Below, one piece after another: positions 1 to 12,580 of a stretch of 64,000 bases of DNA. The notes beneath the pieces are model-generated. The model searched no databases. It was not told the DNA's origin and saw nothing but the letters and a program-made list of their open reading frames with translations. The translations under genes were made by a program, and so were the position numbers. The stretch comes from Octopus vulgaris (Eukaryota). How positions within the stretch are numbered: position 1 is the first letter of the stretch; each line of letters starts with the position of its first letter. Location: contig OX597819.1 in the NCBI GenBank assembly GCA_951406725.2, positions 87,358,001 to 87,422,000 of the forward strand, written 5' to 3'.

Positions 1-256
1 GCTTTTTTTTTATTTGACAAGACATGAACATAACATCTCTTTATCTTCATCTGTTTTAACAGAACTTTTGTATCCAGGCAAAAAATGAATAAATAAATAA
101 CAACTAGATCTATTGTGTAAACCCATCCACTGTCACCATCAGGTTTCAATAACATAGAAAAGGTTTCTTTAGCGTCTCAAGTAGAAATTAAATCACCACA
201 GTGACATCAACACCATGTCTCAAACGTGGCTCGCTGAACATTTATTTTTATATTTT

Positions 257-429
257 TTACTCGTTTCAGTCATTAGATTGCTGTCATGCTGCGGCACCAC
301 CCTGAAGGGTTCTATTCGAATAAATCGCCCCTAGTTCTTACGTTGTTTATTTTCGGTTCTTATTCTATCGGTCTACTTTGCCAGCCCACTAAATTACAGT
401 GATGTATACAAACAAACAACGGTTGTCGC

Positions 430-460
<31 letters not shown>

Positions 461-972
461 TGTATGTATGTATGTATGTATGTATGTATTAAGATAAGAC
501 TTACTTGGAAATGGATGCGTGGCGTTCGATCATATAATAATATGAATAATATATAAATATATGCATATATACATACATATATGTACATACCTACATATAC
601 ATATATATGTATATATACATGCATATATGGGTACATGACATAAAAAAACGTAGACAAAATGAGAAACGAGAACATAAAAAACAAAAACATAGAAAGCGAA
701 CTTTTTTCGAACAACGAAAGAAACAAACAAACAGAGAAACGAGCCAGGCAACGTAAAGAACATTCCCTTCATCAGTTGTCCCCTGTTTTATCTACTCTGT
801 GTTTCGAAGGTACGGAGTAGATGAAACAGGGGACAACTGATGAAGGGAATGTTCTTTATGTTGCCTGTCTCGTTTCTCTGTTTGTTTCTTTCGTTGTTCG
901 AAAAAAAAGTTCAGTTTTTATGTTCTCGTTTCTCATTTTGTCTACGTTTTTTTAATGTCCTGTACCCATATA

Positions 973-1028
<56 letters not shown>

Positions 1029-1140
1029 ATCGGCCCTGGGCTATAGAAGACACTTGCCCAAAGTGCAGCGCAGTGGAACTGAACCCGGAACCATGTGACT
1101 GCAAGATGAGTTTCTTAACTACACAGCTATTACTGTGCCT
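257..1140 (-). mobile_element. SINE family B (tRNA-like head, internal microsatellite), split by the palindromic insert
   Basis: Tail at 257-428 and head at 1030-1140 match the reverse complement of the full copy at 50368-50765. Confidence 0.75.
611..980. repeat. Palindrome of a PLE-type 3' tail (arms about 611-800 and 812-980, 11-nt spacer)
   Basis: Arms are reverse complements, e.g. cattcccttcatcagttgtcccctgttt / aaacaggggacaactgatgaagggaatg; both run outward into TA microsatellite. Confidence 0.9.
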
Positions 1141-1774
1141 GTCTACGGCTGCCTACGATTCGAGCAATGAATTGCACTTCTAATAACTGTGTCATGTTGT
1201 AGGAGTTAAGTCTTTGTAGAGGCCTGATTCCTTCTACTTCCGTGTAGTAAATGATACGATTTACTTAATAGACCCTTATACTTTCAGTTACTTCGTGCTG
1301 TAGAGAGTCATTCAAATCAAAATAGTAGATGTGGGCAAAGGTTAAGGTTTATTACTGAAGCGAATAAAAATAGAAAAGAAAATTGAAATAATAAATGCAT
1401 AAAAATTATGATACACTTCATTCTTTTCACGTACAGAATTTATCACTGGAAATCGCCAGAGTTAAATGTTCCCCTCTTAAAATAGCACAACCTGAAGAAA
1501 TGGACTGCCATATAACTGCAGCTGTAATTGCACAGACAGCTGCCATAGATATTTTCGCAAGGAAGAAAATAACTTAAATTTGTTCTAAAGAATATTACAT
1601 TCGGTACGTAAAATCTCGAATTAAGTTTACATGATAATTCATTAATTCGCTGGATTATGATCAATAATGACTTATCATATATCTTTTCTGCCTTTCTCTT
1701 CCTTCTATGGAGTAAAAATGGTTGCAAATTTTGCACAAAGCCATCATTTTTAGGTGAAGAGTAAATCGATTAAA

Positions 1775-2050
1775 TGAATCCCAGTGTTCGACTGGTTCTT
1801 GTTCTATCAACCCCGAACCATAAAAAGTGGAGACGATCTAGGCTGCATACGAATTTAAATCGTAAAGCCAGAAATGTTATTAAGCATTTTGTCTGGCGTG
1901 CTAACGATTCTGCCAGCTTACCATCTTCTATAAAGTAAGTAATCTTTCCTACTATAGGCACAAGGCCTGAATTTTTTGGTGGCGTCGTGTGGGGGAGGGA
2001 TAGTCAATTTCATCGACCGCCTGGAAGGCCTTAAGTATTTCGTGCTCAAG
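1775..2050 (-). mobile_element. SINE family C fragments
   Basis: gctaacgattctgccagct is the reverse complement of the family C head seen at 5315-5340. Confidence 0.6.
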
Positions 2051-3674
2051 ATATTCAAATTGATATAGCAGAGATATACAATTAAGAACTTTATAATTGA
2101 CATTAAGCGGACGAAGAAAAACAGAAAGTGAAAGGAAAACTGAATTAGATAAACGCATTAAGATTCTATGATACATTTCATTCCATTCACTTCACCAACA
2201 GAAATTAGAAAAAAAAAAAGTGATTCCTGACAAAATGATCATCTTCTGTGCAATAGGCAATAACAGAGTGACATCTTACATTATCTGTATAAGTTAGTGC
2301 AAAGCGGGAGATGACGCACGGCAAAGCTGCTACATGTAGAAATTGAATTCAAAATAAAAAAAAGACTGAAGTATGATGTTTTTTAAGGTTCGAGACCATG
2401 TTTTATAAAGGAAGGGCCATAAAAGATTTAATCGATTCAGTGTATAACTAGTATCTGATTTTATTTACATTTTACAATCGAGTCACAGAGGTAGATTGAC
2501 ACGTTTGCTCGACCTGCTAAAAAGAAGAGACAAATTCTCTCAAACCACACTATCATTAAAAAGAAATACATTGGATAATGAAGCCTTGATCAGGGACAGT
2601 ATAACGGAAACAACGTGGGCTGGTCACCACTGGAACGCCTTTGGTCATAAGTCTGTCCTATCAAGGTTAAATAACTGCAATAACAGCTCAAAAACATCCC
2701 TAAGTAAAATCAATCACGATTTGAACAAATGACGAATAAGATCGAAGATAATTACTGTAAAGTACTTAGCCCAGCGCTCTACTGCTTTCGCTAAATCGCC
2801 AAAGTTCTCTCGTTACCACATTTCAAATTAGCGAATAGCAATACAAATTATAAATTATGAACCTATCTGCGTATCATACTGCTGCCGAAAAGACTCGGAC
2901 AGATAACGAAAAATGGTAAGATTTTCAAAGAATTTAATTAGATTCAATATTTTTTGCTTTGTTTTGTATTTTGTGTCTTTGTGTTTGCTTGTTTTCTTTT
3001 CTTTTCTTTTTTTTACTTTTTCCTGTTAGCTTTGTCTTTGGGAAACTATTTCGCATGGTTGTGTGCCAACAGAAAGAGTGGTGTCCTGTCCTAAGCCCTC
3101 CAAATACGTGACACAACATCAAATAGCTTATTTGCAGATAATTAGAAGATTTGAACTGCCATGAGGATCAGTAAAATGAATTAAGCGAGAATGTGCGTGT
3201 AGATTATGTGATTTCCGAGAGATTTACATAAGAAATTATTTGCCCAACAACTGTTACACAATGTAGAACTGGAATAAAGTAGCAAGTAAATGAGAAATAA
3301 AAGCGGTGTTTTTATTCCACGAGGTAGCTGCGAAAATGTAAACTAAAGATGTAGATCGGTTCATGGACACCACAGTAAGCAGCAGAAGCACTACAATATT
3401 GAAGACTGTTTCTTTAGCTGATAGCAAGTTTCGATTTTGAGTTCGAAATTTCAACCAGATATTAGATGCATTGCTTACAGTATCACGCATGAACACCGTG
3501 GCACTATATATACAGTAATGCATAGAGTAGCACAATTCATTATGATACTAGAAACTCATTCCTTCCTTCTCTCTTTCTCTCTCTTCCTCTTCCTTTTATT
3601 TATATACACACACACATATATATATACACACACACACATTTGTATGTATAAACATGTATGTATGTATGTCAATG

Positions 3675-3719
<45 letters not shown>

Positions 3720-3721
<2 letters not shown>

Positions 3722-4102
3722 AGGCGCAATGGCCCAGTGGTTAGGGCAGCGGACTCGCGGTCATAAGATCGCGGTTTCGATTTCCAGACCGGGCGTTGTG
3801 AGTGTTTATTGAGCGAAAACACCTAAAAGCTCCACGAGGCTCCGGCAGGGGATGGTCGTGATCCCTGCTGTACTCTTTCACCACAACTTTCTCTCACTCT
3901 TACTTCCTGTTTCTGTTGTACCTGTATTTCAAGGGGCCGGCCTTGTCACTCTCTGTGTCACGCTGAATATCCCCGAGAACTACGTTAAGAATGCACGTGT
4001 CTGTGGAGTGCTCAGCCACTTACACGTTAATTTCACGAGCAGGCTGTTCCGTTGATTCGGATCAACCGGAACCCTCATCGTCGTAACCGACGGAGTGCTT
4101 CT
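3720..4102 (+). mobile_element. tRNA-derived SINE family A, tail type 1
   Basis: A box TGGCCCAGTGG, B box GGTTTCGATTTCC, A-tail; head shared with 36082 and 39298. Confidence 0.85.
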
Positions 4103-4162
4103 AAAAAAAAAAATATATATATATATATAATCAAGGCGCTACCAGTTGTGACTGAAAGTGCA

Positions 4163-4250
<88 letters not shown>

Positions 4251-4264
4251 CTTTAAACTGATGT

Positions 4265-4352
4265 AATGCTTGCATTGTTCAATTAAATGGAGCTGCCTAA
4301 AATGGTCGTATTGTATTAATACCTGACATCCTGTTACTTGCTTATTTGATTT
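4265..4352 (+). mobile_element. Decayed PLE-like 3' tail
   Basis: Aligns with the reverse complement of 9545-9627 (tgcattgttcaattaaatg...tgcttatt); flanked by (TA)n. Confidence 0.55.
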
Positions 4353-4387
4353 ATATATATATATATATATATATAATTATATATAAT

Positions 4388-4450
<63 letters not shown>

Positions 4451-4562
4451 TAAATATATAACTATTCATATATATATATAATAATAGTAAAAAAAAGGAG
4501 GAAGACATTTTCGATTATCCCCATATGGTGAGTTGTAAAGTAAAAAGAATTTATATATAATT

Positions 4563-4774
4563 GAAGGAAAATGCACAGTTTACATAGTCTTAATATATTT
4601 TAAATGAAAGAGTATTGTAGTTGTCGGCCGGTTTCGCTTCCGCCAATCATGACATTGAGATTATTACGATTTCATACTTTCTTAAGAAGGTTTTAGTCCA
4701 TGTTTCTGTATCAACCACAATACTCTTTCATTTAAAATATATTAAAACTATGTAAACTGCGTGCATTTTCCTTC
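4563..4774. repeat. Inverted repeat (arms 4563-4623 and 4712-4774) with a decayed hammerhead in the spacer
   Basis: About 60-bp near-perfect inverted arms; minus strand 4654-4622 reads tgtc-atgattg-gcggaagc-GAAA-ccgg-cc-gaca. Confidence 0.8.
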
Positions 4775-5314
4775 TTTTATTATACACACACACTCATACA
4801 TACGTACATACATACATACATACATGCATGCATGCTTACATACATACATACATACACACACACACATACATACATACATACATACATACATACATACATA
4901 CATACATACACACACACACATACATACATACATACATACACACACACATACATACATACATACATACATACATACATACATACATACATACATACATACA
5001 TACATACATACATACGCACATATATACATACATATAAATTTTCGTATTTTTCTACAATATTTCTTTTGTATCTTAACGTTAATTACTCAGTCGGAAAGGC
5101 TTCGATTTATAAAAAGAAATGAGTATGTGACATTCTTGCTTTCGTCAATGACCTTAGTGACGTAAGCAAAGTGAATGGAAAGTTTTGACTAGAAATTGAA
5201 ACCAGATGGTTGAATAGTGTCAATAAAAGTTTGTCTATTTGAATAGCAAGAAATCATTTTGTTTTATCCAAGTGTTCACATGATATCTAATTACATTATT
5301 TAAGAGTGGGGGAA

Positions 5315-6125
5315 GGCGGCGAGCAGGCAGAATCGTTAGCACACTGGGTGAAATGCGTAACTGTATTTTGTCTGCCGTTACGTTGTGAGTTCAAATTCCG
5401 CCGAGGTTGACTCTGCCTTTTAACCTTTCGGGGCCGATTAAATAAGTACCAGTTACGCACTGGGGTCGATATAATCGACTTAATCCGTTTGTTTGTCCTT
5501 GTTTGTCCTCCTTGTGTTTAGAAATATGTATTTTGTCTGTCGCTTAACGGTATTTCGTTCTGAGTTGAAATTCCGCCGAGGTCGACTTTGCCTTTCATCC
5601 ATTCGTGGTCGATAAATTAAGAACTAGTGAAGTACTAGGGTCGATTTAATCGACTATCTCCTTGCGCCTATAGTAGAAAGGATTCTTAAGAGTGGGGAAA
5701 AGTGGTGAGCTGGCAGAATCGTTTGCATGACGGGCAAAATATTTAGCTGTATTTCGTCCGCCTTCACATTCTGAGTTCAAATTCCGCCGAGGTCGACTTA
5801 GTATTTCGTGATCGATAATATAAGTACCAGTAGAGTACTGATGTATATGCAGTTCCCTATCACTCTTCCCCAAATTGCAGGCCATATATCTGTAGTAGTA
5901 AGGATTATTTAAGGGAGGGAAGGCAGTGAGCTGGCAGAATCGTTGGCCCGAAATGTTTGGCGGCATTTTTCCGACTCTTTATTTCATGGGTTCAAATTCT
6001 ACTGAGATTGACATTGCTTTTCATTCTTTCAGAATCGATAAAATATGTACCAGTTGAGCACTGGGGTAGATATAATCAACATGCCCTTTTCTCTAAAGCA
6101 GTTCGCCTAATGCCAAAATTTGAAA
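5315..6125 (+). mobile_element. Tandem array of about four SINE family C units
   Basis: Repeated gagctggcagaatcgtt...gagttcaaattccgccgaggtcgactttgcctttcatcc...aagtaccag. Confidence 0.85.
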
Positions 6126-6249
6126 CTATTTTTTTAGCGTGGTGGAAAAGCGAGAGAGCTTTCTTTTGATTTTCTTGACAACAATTGTTATTAACGGTAA
6201 TGATTTTCATCTCACAACGGCTCTAATTTCAATTACTTATTTTCTGTCT

Positions 6250-6484
6250 TTTACTTGTTTCAGTCATTAGACTGCAGCCATGCTCAGGGCCACCGCCTCG
6301 AACAATGTTTCTAGTCGAATGAATCGACCACAGTACTTGTTTTATTGCTAAGCCTGGTACTTATTCTATCGGTCTCTTTTGCCAAGCTACTAGTTTACGG
6401 GACGTAAACACAGCAACACCAGTGGTCAAGCGGTGATGAGGGACAAATACAGGACACAAAGACACACATAAATATGTATATATT

Positions 6485-6523
<39 letters not shown>

Positions 6524-6795
6524 ATGTGTATGAGTGTGTGTGTGTATGTGTGTGTGTGAGGTATGTATGTATGCATGTATGTATGTATGTATGTATGTGT
6601 GTGTGTGTGTATGTATGTATTTATGTATGTATGTATATATGTATGTACAACGGGCTTCTTTCAGTTTCCGTCTTTTATCAGTTTCCGTCAGAAGGCTTTG
6701 GTTGGCCAGAAGACACTTGGCCAAGTTGCCACACAGTGGGACTGAAGCCGAAACCACATGGTTGGGAAGCAATCTTCTTACCGCACAGCCATGCC
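6250..6795 (-). mobile_element. SINE family B, full length, diverged
   Basis: Head, internal microsatellite and tail are collinear with 50368-50765. Confidence 0.8.
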
Positions 6796-6839
6796 TTCGC
6801 ATGCTAGTATATTTTTAGGCTCACTACGTTAAATATGCT

Positions 6840-7075
6840 TAGGCACGTGGCTTAGTGGTTAGGCTGTTGCTCTCAAGATCGTAGGCTCGATTCCCAGACC
6901 GGGCAACGAGTTATGTTCTTGAGCAAATCACTTCATTTCACGTTACTCCAGCCCCACTTTCAATCAGAGGAGAATGTTAGCCTGTTCGCCTAGCCAGCGA
7001 GGCGGCGTCATTCGAAGGCCAAAACGATGCAAAGCGCATTGTGACCAACGCCTGATAGTCTGGTCGGTCACATAG
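6840..7075 (+). mobile_element. tRNA-derived SINE related to family A, tail type 2
   Basis: TGGCTTAGTGG and GGCTCGATTCCC boxes; tail matches 36270-36372. Confidence 0.7.
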
Positions 7076-8348
7076 TCATATTAAATATATGAGCTCATAT
7101 TTACTCATACTCTTTAATAAGAATATGTGACATCACTGCAAGTCGACAAAGCCTTCAGCAGATATACTGTACTTCTATCCGTCTTTAAAGATTCCTATAG
7201 AAGCTGTATATACAAAAGGTCAATCGGCCTGTTACTCATACTCTTAACTTACACTCATCAAATTTTCATACAAATGAATAGGGAGAGCTCCAACATTCAA
7301 ATTTATTAGAAATTAAATGGTGAAATGAACTGAAGAGTTAGTCTGATATATGCTGAGTGTGGTAACAATTCCGGAGATGTTTCCGTCTTATCCGATCTCC
7401 ACGGAAAAGCATTGTTTAATATAGCGACTGTTAAGTTTTTTTATGAAACCAGATTCCCAAATGATTGCTCAATATATCTTCATACAACCTTTCCGAAGCC
7501 ATCATCATCGTCCTCATTAACTACAACAACAAGCAATAACTTGGCTTTTCTTTACATGTGGATAAACAGAAACTGGACTAGGAAGAAAATCATAAGGAAT
7601 TTATATTCATTTATTTATAGAAAGCAACATTCGAGACGACATTTCATACTCTCACACACCCAAATAAGAATGCCTGGTTTATATGCATTCCAGATCGTAG
7701 AGTGGCTTTGAAAGGATATATTTTAGGGTGTGAAAATAATTCACTGATAAGGAAGTTTAAAATAATGACATTGGAAAATTTCACAGGTATGTAATTAATT
7801 TACAGAGTGATAAATTTCTGCCGAGTATATTTACGCTCAACGCACTAAGTTTTCAAGTTGAGCAAAGAGTTTTGCTATCTAATAAGTAACATGACTTAAG
7901 TACATATCTCTTGTGGTTCCATTTAGGAATTAGATACATTTTAGAAATATATAATGAATCTAGGGTGTTTTATGGAAACATTAAATGAAAAAAATGTAAG
8001 TTGATCTTAGAAAAATCTGAACTCATAAAGTAAAGGATTGTAACTATATACTGGCGTTCAAAATGTGCAGTTGATCATATTCTTATGTTTATCTGGCGGC
8101 TTTTTGATTCTGTATAAGTGATTGTATAAGTATGAGCTAATGGATGAATGTATTTTGCGTAATAGAACAGTTTGGCATGTGCAGAATAACATGTTGAAAG
8201 TGAATAAATAAAAAGACAACGTGCACATTGCAGCTAATGTCGAACGTGATAACACACGCATACCGAGCGAATTGAAACCGCCCGCGTTTGTTAGTTTCAA
8301 AGAAGCCATGGATGTTGTAGCATGGAAATCTAAATTTACTTATGGAGT

Positions 8349-8470
8349 GTCGCCTGAGGAGATACATATAGATCTCCTTATAGAGGTAAATTGTTACATG
8401 ATTTAATTTAAACTTAACTTCAAATCCTGTATATACGATGATCTGTATGTATCGAAACATTCGTAGCGAT
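8349..8470 (+). ncRNA. Type I hammerhead ribozyme motif, intact core
   Basis: Stem I gtcgc/gcgat; CTGAGGA 8354-8360; 14-bp stem II 8361-8374/8440-8453; GAAA 8454-8457; 2-bp stem III; GUA cleavage triplet 8463-8465; ATTAAA follows. Confidence 0.85.
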
Positions 8471-8627
8471 TAAAAAGCTGCCTAACCGTACCTACTCTTC
8501 CTTTTGACTCTTTTACTTTTTACTTTTTACTTTTATATATATATAACAAAGTGGAGTTGTAAGGTACCGCACGAGTGGAATTATATATGAAAGAAGGTTT
8601 GAAAATGCAATTTTCAAAGATGTTTAT

Positions 8628-8672
8628 TTACTTTACCGGTTTCACTTTTTAGAAAAAGATTGTCAAAAGTAA
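8628..8672 (-). ncRNA. Decayed minimal hammerhead motif
   Basis: ttactt-TTGACAA-t-cttttt-ct-aaaaag-t-GAAA-CCGG-TA-aagtaa, then AATAAA; two substitutions in CUGANGA. Confidence 0.65.
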
Positions 8673-8719
8673 CATGTAAAAGCTTGGTTGTGTTAGTGGT
8701 TGTCACAAAATACTACAAT

Positions 8720-8830
8720 ACTTCGTTGTTCGAAAAAAGTTCGTTTCTATGTTTTTGTTTTTATGTTTTCGTTTCTCTTGTGTTCCACGTTTTTTTTTGT
8801 GTGTGTGTCCTGTACCCATATATGCATGTA
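8720..8830 (+). mobile_element. Third copy of the 611-980 palindrome family tail
   Basis: ttcgttgttcgaaaaaagttc...gtcctgtacccatatatgcat matches 890-977. Confidence 0.8.
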
Positions 8831-8881
8831 TATGTACATATACATAGATATATACATATACATATATATACATATATTTTT

Positions 8882-8946
<65 letters not shown>

Positions 8947-8994
8947 GATATATATTTACATATACATGTATACATATAAATATATATATATGTA

Positions 8995-9033
<39 letters not shown>

Positions 9034-9509
9034 CAATATATATACATATATATATACATATAAATATATATATATATATAAGTATAAATATATATATATA
9101 TATATACATATAAATGCATACATACATATACATATAAATATATACATACATACATATACATATAAATATATACATACATATACATATAAATATATATATA
9201 TATATACATATATATACATATATATATAAATATATATATACATATAAATATATATATACATATACATATATATACATATAAATATATATGTATATACATA
9301 TACATATATATACAGATATTTATATATACATATATATACATATACATATATATAACATATATATATATATATATACATATATACATATGAATATATATAT
9401 AAACGTATACATATATATATATACATATACATATACATATATATATGTATATATGTATACATATACATATATGTATATATATATACATATATATACACAC
9501 ATATATATA

Positions 9510-9543
<34 letters not shown>
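8830..9543. repeat. Compound TA/CA microsatellite
   Basis: Direct reading. Confidence 0.95.
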
Positions 9544-9544
<1 letters not shown>

Positions 9545-11113
9545 CAAATCAAAATAAGCAACAAGGATATCCAGAGGTAATGCAGTACAATCGTTTCATC
9601 CAACTGCATTTAATTGAACAATGCAATCCTCACAAAGACATAGAATTTAATTAAATAAGAACAGATGGACACATTAGTTTAATTATACCTAAAATCTCCA
9701 AGAATTTAAGGAGATGGACAAAGAACATGCTGGCTTCACTTCAGCATAGACGTTACTAAGTTACAAGAAGATATGTATTGTTACAGACTCTACCTGTCAC
9801 TGATTTTTTTTGTTTTTATGGGGTCAGTTTTAATTTATAGACTAGTTTATCAAATCCTTGTATATCTAAGGCTGAGAGAACAAAGTGCAGTATCTGTTAG
9901 AGGTAGGGCTGAGGGAGCAGACAGAAATCATAGTTGGTATAGTCATAAAAATCAAAACATATTAGAAGCAATAGCATGAGGTTTGGTAAAGGAAAACTTA
10001 AAACAAGATGTTAGCTGACAATTAAGGGGGTTGCCCACTAGCATACCAATTGATAATGAAACAGGGGAAGTTTTATCATGTTGTACTATAGTTAAATATT
10101 TTAAACAATGTTGCTATATTGTATACAGTTAAAGTTTAGGATTATTCAGAGGATTATTAAGAAGAATATTATAATAAAAGGATGGAAATTTATGAATACT
10201 TTTGAGTATATACCAAACTTTTACCACAATAGAGGGAGGAAAAGAAATTATCCAGAAATGGCTTAATATTTATACATATTGTACACTTAAATACTAACTC
10301 ATCAGATGGTACCTGTGAATATTGATTACTTTGAATATACTGGTATTAATAAAGGAGTATTGAGGTAAAAGGACACGCTAATTATATATTAATGAAATTA
10401 TAATCTCAGCAGTTTTTATAAGTAGTGAATATACCAGTATAGTTTTATATAAACTAAGTATGAACTTATAGGGATACAAAACTTTAGATTTATTTTATAA
10501 ATAAATAAAGGCTAATTATAAAATAATAAAGAAATAAAATGAAATAATCAAGTAGGGCAGAACACCATAGAAAAGGAATAAAATAGCTTAATTACTAATG
10601 CTATGGTAAAGTATGTGTAGCTTATTAATACCAATAGAGGAGATTTATGGAAAAAGTATAAAAATTCAAAATATATTTGACTAAAAATTATATATTTACT
10701 TATTTAACTAACTTCAATAAACGACTGATGGAATATTTAAGTTATGGAACATTCGTATTTTACATTAATCGTTTTTCAAAAAACAAAGAGTTATATTATA
10801 GCTTTAAGAAGTTATTATTGTTACTCCCTACATGATATTTATAGTTTCATAGTGGTACTTGTTTAGAAGGGTTATTTATATAAAGGCCCTTATAAATACT
10901 AAGATCAGGAGGGTAGAGCCATTTAAGAAAGAGATAAATCAATTAATTTCTAAAGATCATTTTAAACAATATTGTCTTATTGCATAAAGTTGAAATTTAA
11001 GGTAATCAGGAAGATTATCAAGAATGTAATTTTAACAAAAGGATATAGTGTTTTACCCTGCTGGATTATTTTATTTTATATGGTGTTCTGCCCTACTTGT
11101 TTTATTTTATTTC
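9545..11113 (-). mobile_element. Highly decayed PLE-like sequence
   Basis: Hammerhead 3' half (GAAA-cgattg-TA-ctgca) at 9581-9597; CTGATGA plus a stem at about 10260-10305; weak RT-like peptide GMLVGNPLNCQL near 10010-10047; inverted segment 10530-10585/11065-11113. Confidence 0.4.
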
Positions 11114-11559
11114 TTGGTGTTTTATTATGGTAGTGTTGGGGTGTGGGGAAGGCGAGAGTAGGGGAAGCAAGGGTGGTGTAGGGATGGTGTATGTTGAAGT
11201 GGGTGTAAGGGATGGGGTGGGGTGGGATGGGATGTATACGGATGATAGGGTTGGAATGGGTACGGGTGGGGTATCGAGGGAGGAGGTGACGATGAAGAGA
11301 GAGGGTGAAAGGGAGAAGGTGGTTATGAGTGAAGAGAGGAAGCAGGTGTCAGAGCAAGAGAGGACAGGTGAGTGGGGGGAAGTGAGTGTGAGTGGAAGAG
11401 AGGAGGAGGGTTAGAGGAAATGGGGAGGAGAGTTCAGCCCATGTGGAGCAAAGGAGCGAAGAGAGAAGATTAATCCCTGTTCACGGCAAAGACGGGAGTC
11501 CGGATGGCCCCTGTGCAAGGACAATCCGAACACAGACATGTGTTGTAATGAATGACCGG

Positions 11560-11760
11560 TGGAGCGAAAATGGCGCGTTGCCGAGTCTGATGTCTCGGAG
11601 GTGTTCCGCGAACCGGTCAGCCAAGCGGTGTCCCGTTTGACCGATGTATACCGAAGGACAGAGAGAGCAGGAGATGCAGTAGATGGCGTTGCTAGAAGTG
11701 CAGGTGAAGGAGTCAGTGATATGATAGGGTCGATGATGAGTGCCTGTGAGGAGGATGGTG
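11560..11760 (-). pseudogene. Penelope-like element GIY-YIG endonuclease fragment
   Basis: ITDSFTCTSSNAIYCISCSLCPSVYIGQTGHRLADRFAEHLRDIR: AIY...CxxC...YIGQT...R..EH; pyrimidine-rich tail follows to about 11115. Confidence 0.9.
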
Positions 11761-11872
11761 TTGCAATATTTTTTCATTGAAAACTTTTTCACTGTTCTCG
11801 GTCTATTAACGGCTAAGCCTTCAGGCGAGTGTACTGGCATTTATGTGGTAACATTTGAAATATTGTGTAGGT

Positions 11873-11947
11873 TAATGCAGATGATGAAAACTGATCAAAT
11901 TTACGTTGACAAACGTATTTGAAGAGTCAGAAACCGGTCCTGCATTA
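11873..11947 (+). ncRNA. Minimal hammerhead motif with one core substitution (C3A)
   Basis: 8-bp stem I taatgcag/ctgcatta; ATGATGA 11881-11887; imperfect long stem II; GAAA 11930-11933; CCGG; TC. Confidence 0.8.
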
Positions 11948-12132
11948 TCCGATTCTGGGTTGTCCATTTATCGAATGTTCTTCCTAGAGGTAAGACAAAT
12001 GTTTCATGTTTGTTGCACTCACACGTCTTTGCCAGTATATACGCAGTGACGCATTACAATAGCGTCGTATTTGTATCGACTGCTATTTCCACTAAATATT
12101 GGTGCCTTGTTGTACCACTCATCTGTATTTAT

Positions 12133-12206
<74 letters not shown>

Positions 12207-12424
12207 TATATATAAATACACTATATTTATACACTATATACTCATATATACATTGATATATAAACTAATTCATATTTATAATGTATAATTTATAAATTTT
12301 AATCCTTAATATTACAAAGTATTACTTTTATTTTTTATTTTTAATTCTTAATTTTTAGTCTTAATGCTTATTTGTATTGTTTAATTTTTAAAGGGATGTA
12401 AAATTAGATATATAATATTTTGAA

Positions 12425-12497
12425 AAAGAATCTGAAGATGTGTTGGAAAAATTGTAAATCTGACGATTGCATATATGTATTTATATATGTATACAGT

Positions 12498-12546
<49 letters not shown>

Positions 12547-12580
12547 TAATCTTCCAATACTGAAACACGTGTAGTTCTTT
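12425..12580 (+). ncRNA. Hammerhead motif, intact core, with (TA)n inside stem II
   Basis: Stem I aaagaat/gttcttt; CTGAAGA 12432-12438; stem II gtgttggaa/ttccaatac and gattgc/gtaatc; GAAA 12562-12565; palindromic ACACGTGT; GUA; AATAAA follows. Confidence 0.8.

Noticed and set aside
3720-3790. tRNA gene
   Set aside because: A and B boxes without a complete cloverleaf; continues into a multi-copy SINE body
5125-5165. Hammerhead-like relic, with a similar stretch at 7120-7160
   Set aside because: No consistent stems I and III
8221-8406. 61-aa ORF with a GAG|GTAAA donor-like site as a host exon
   Set aside because: No pyrimidine-rich acceptor, and its 3' part is explained by the hammerhead
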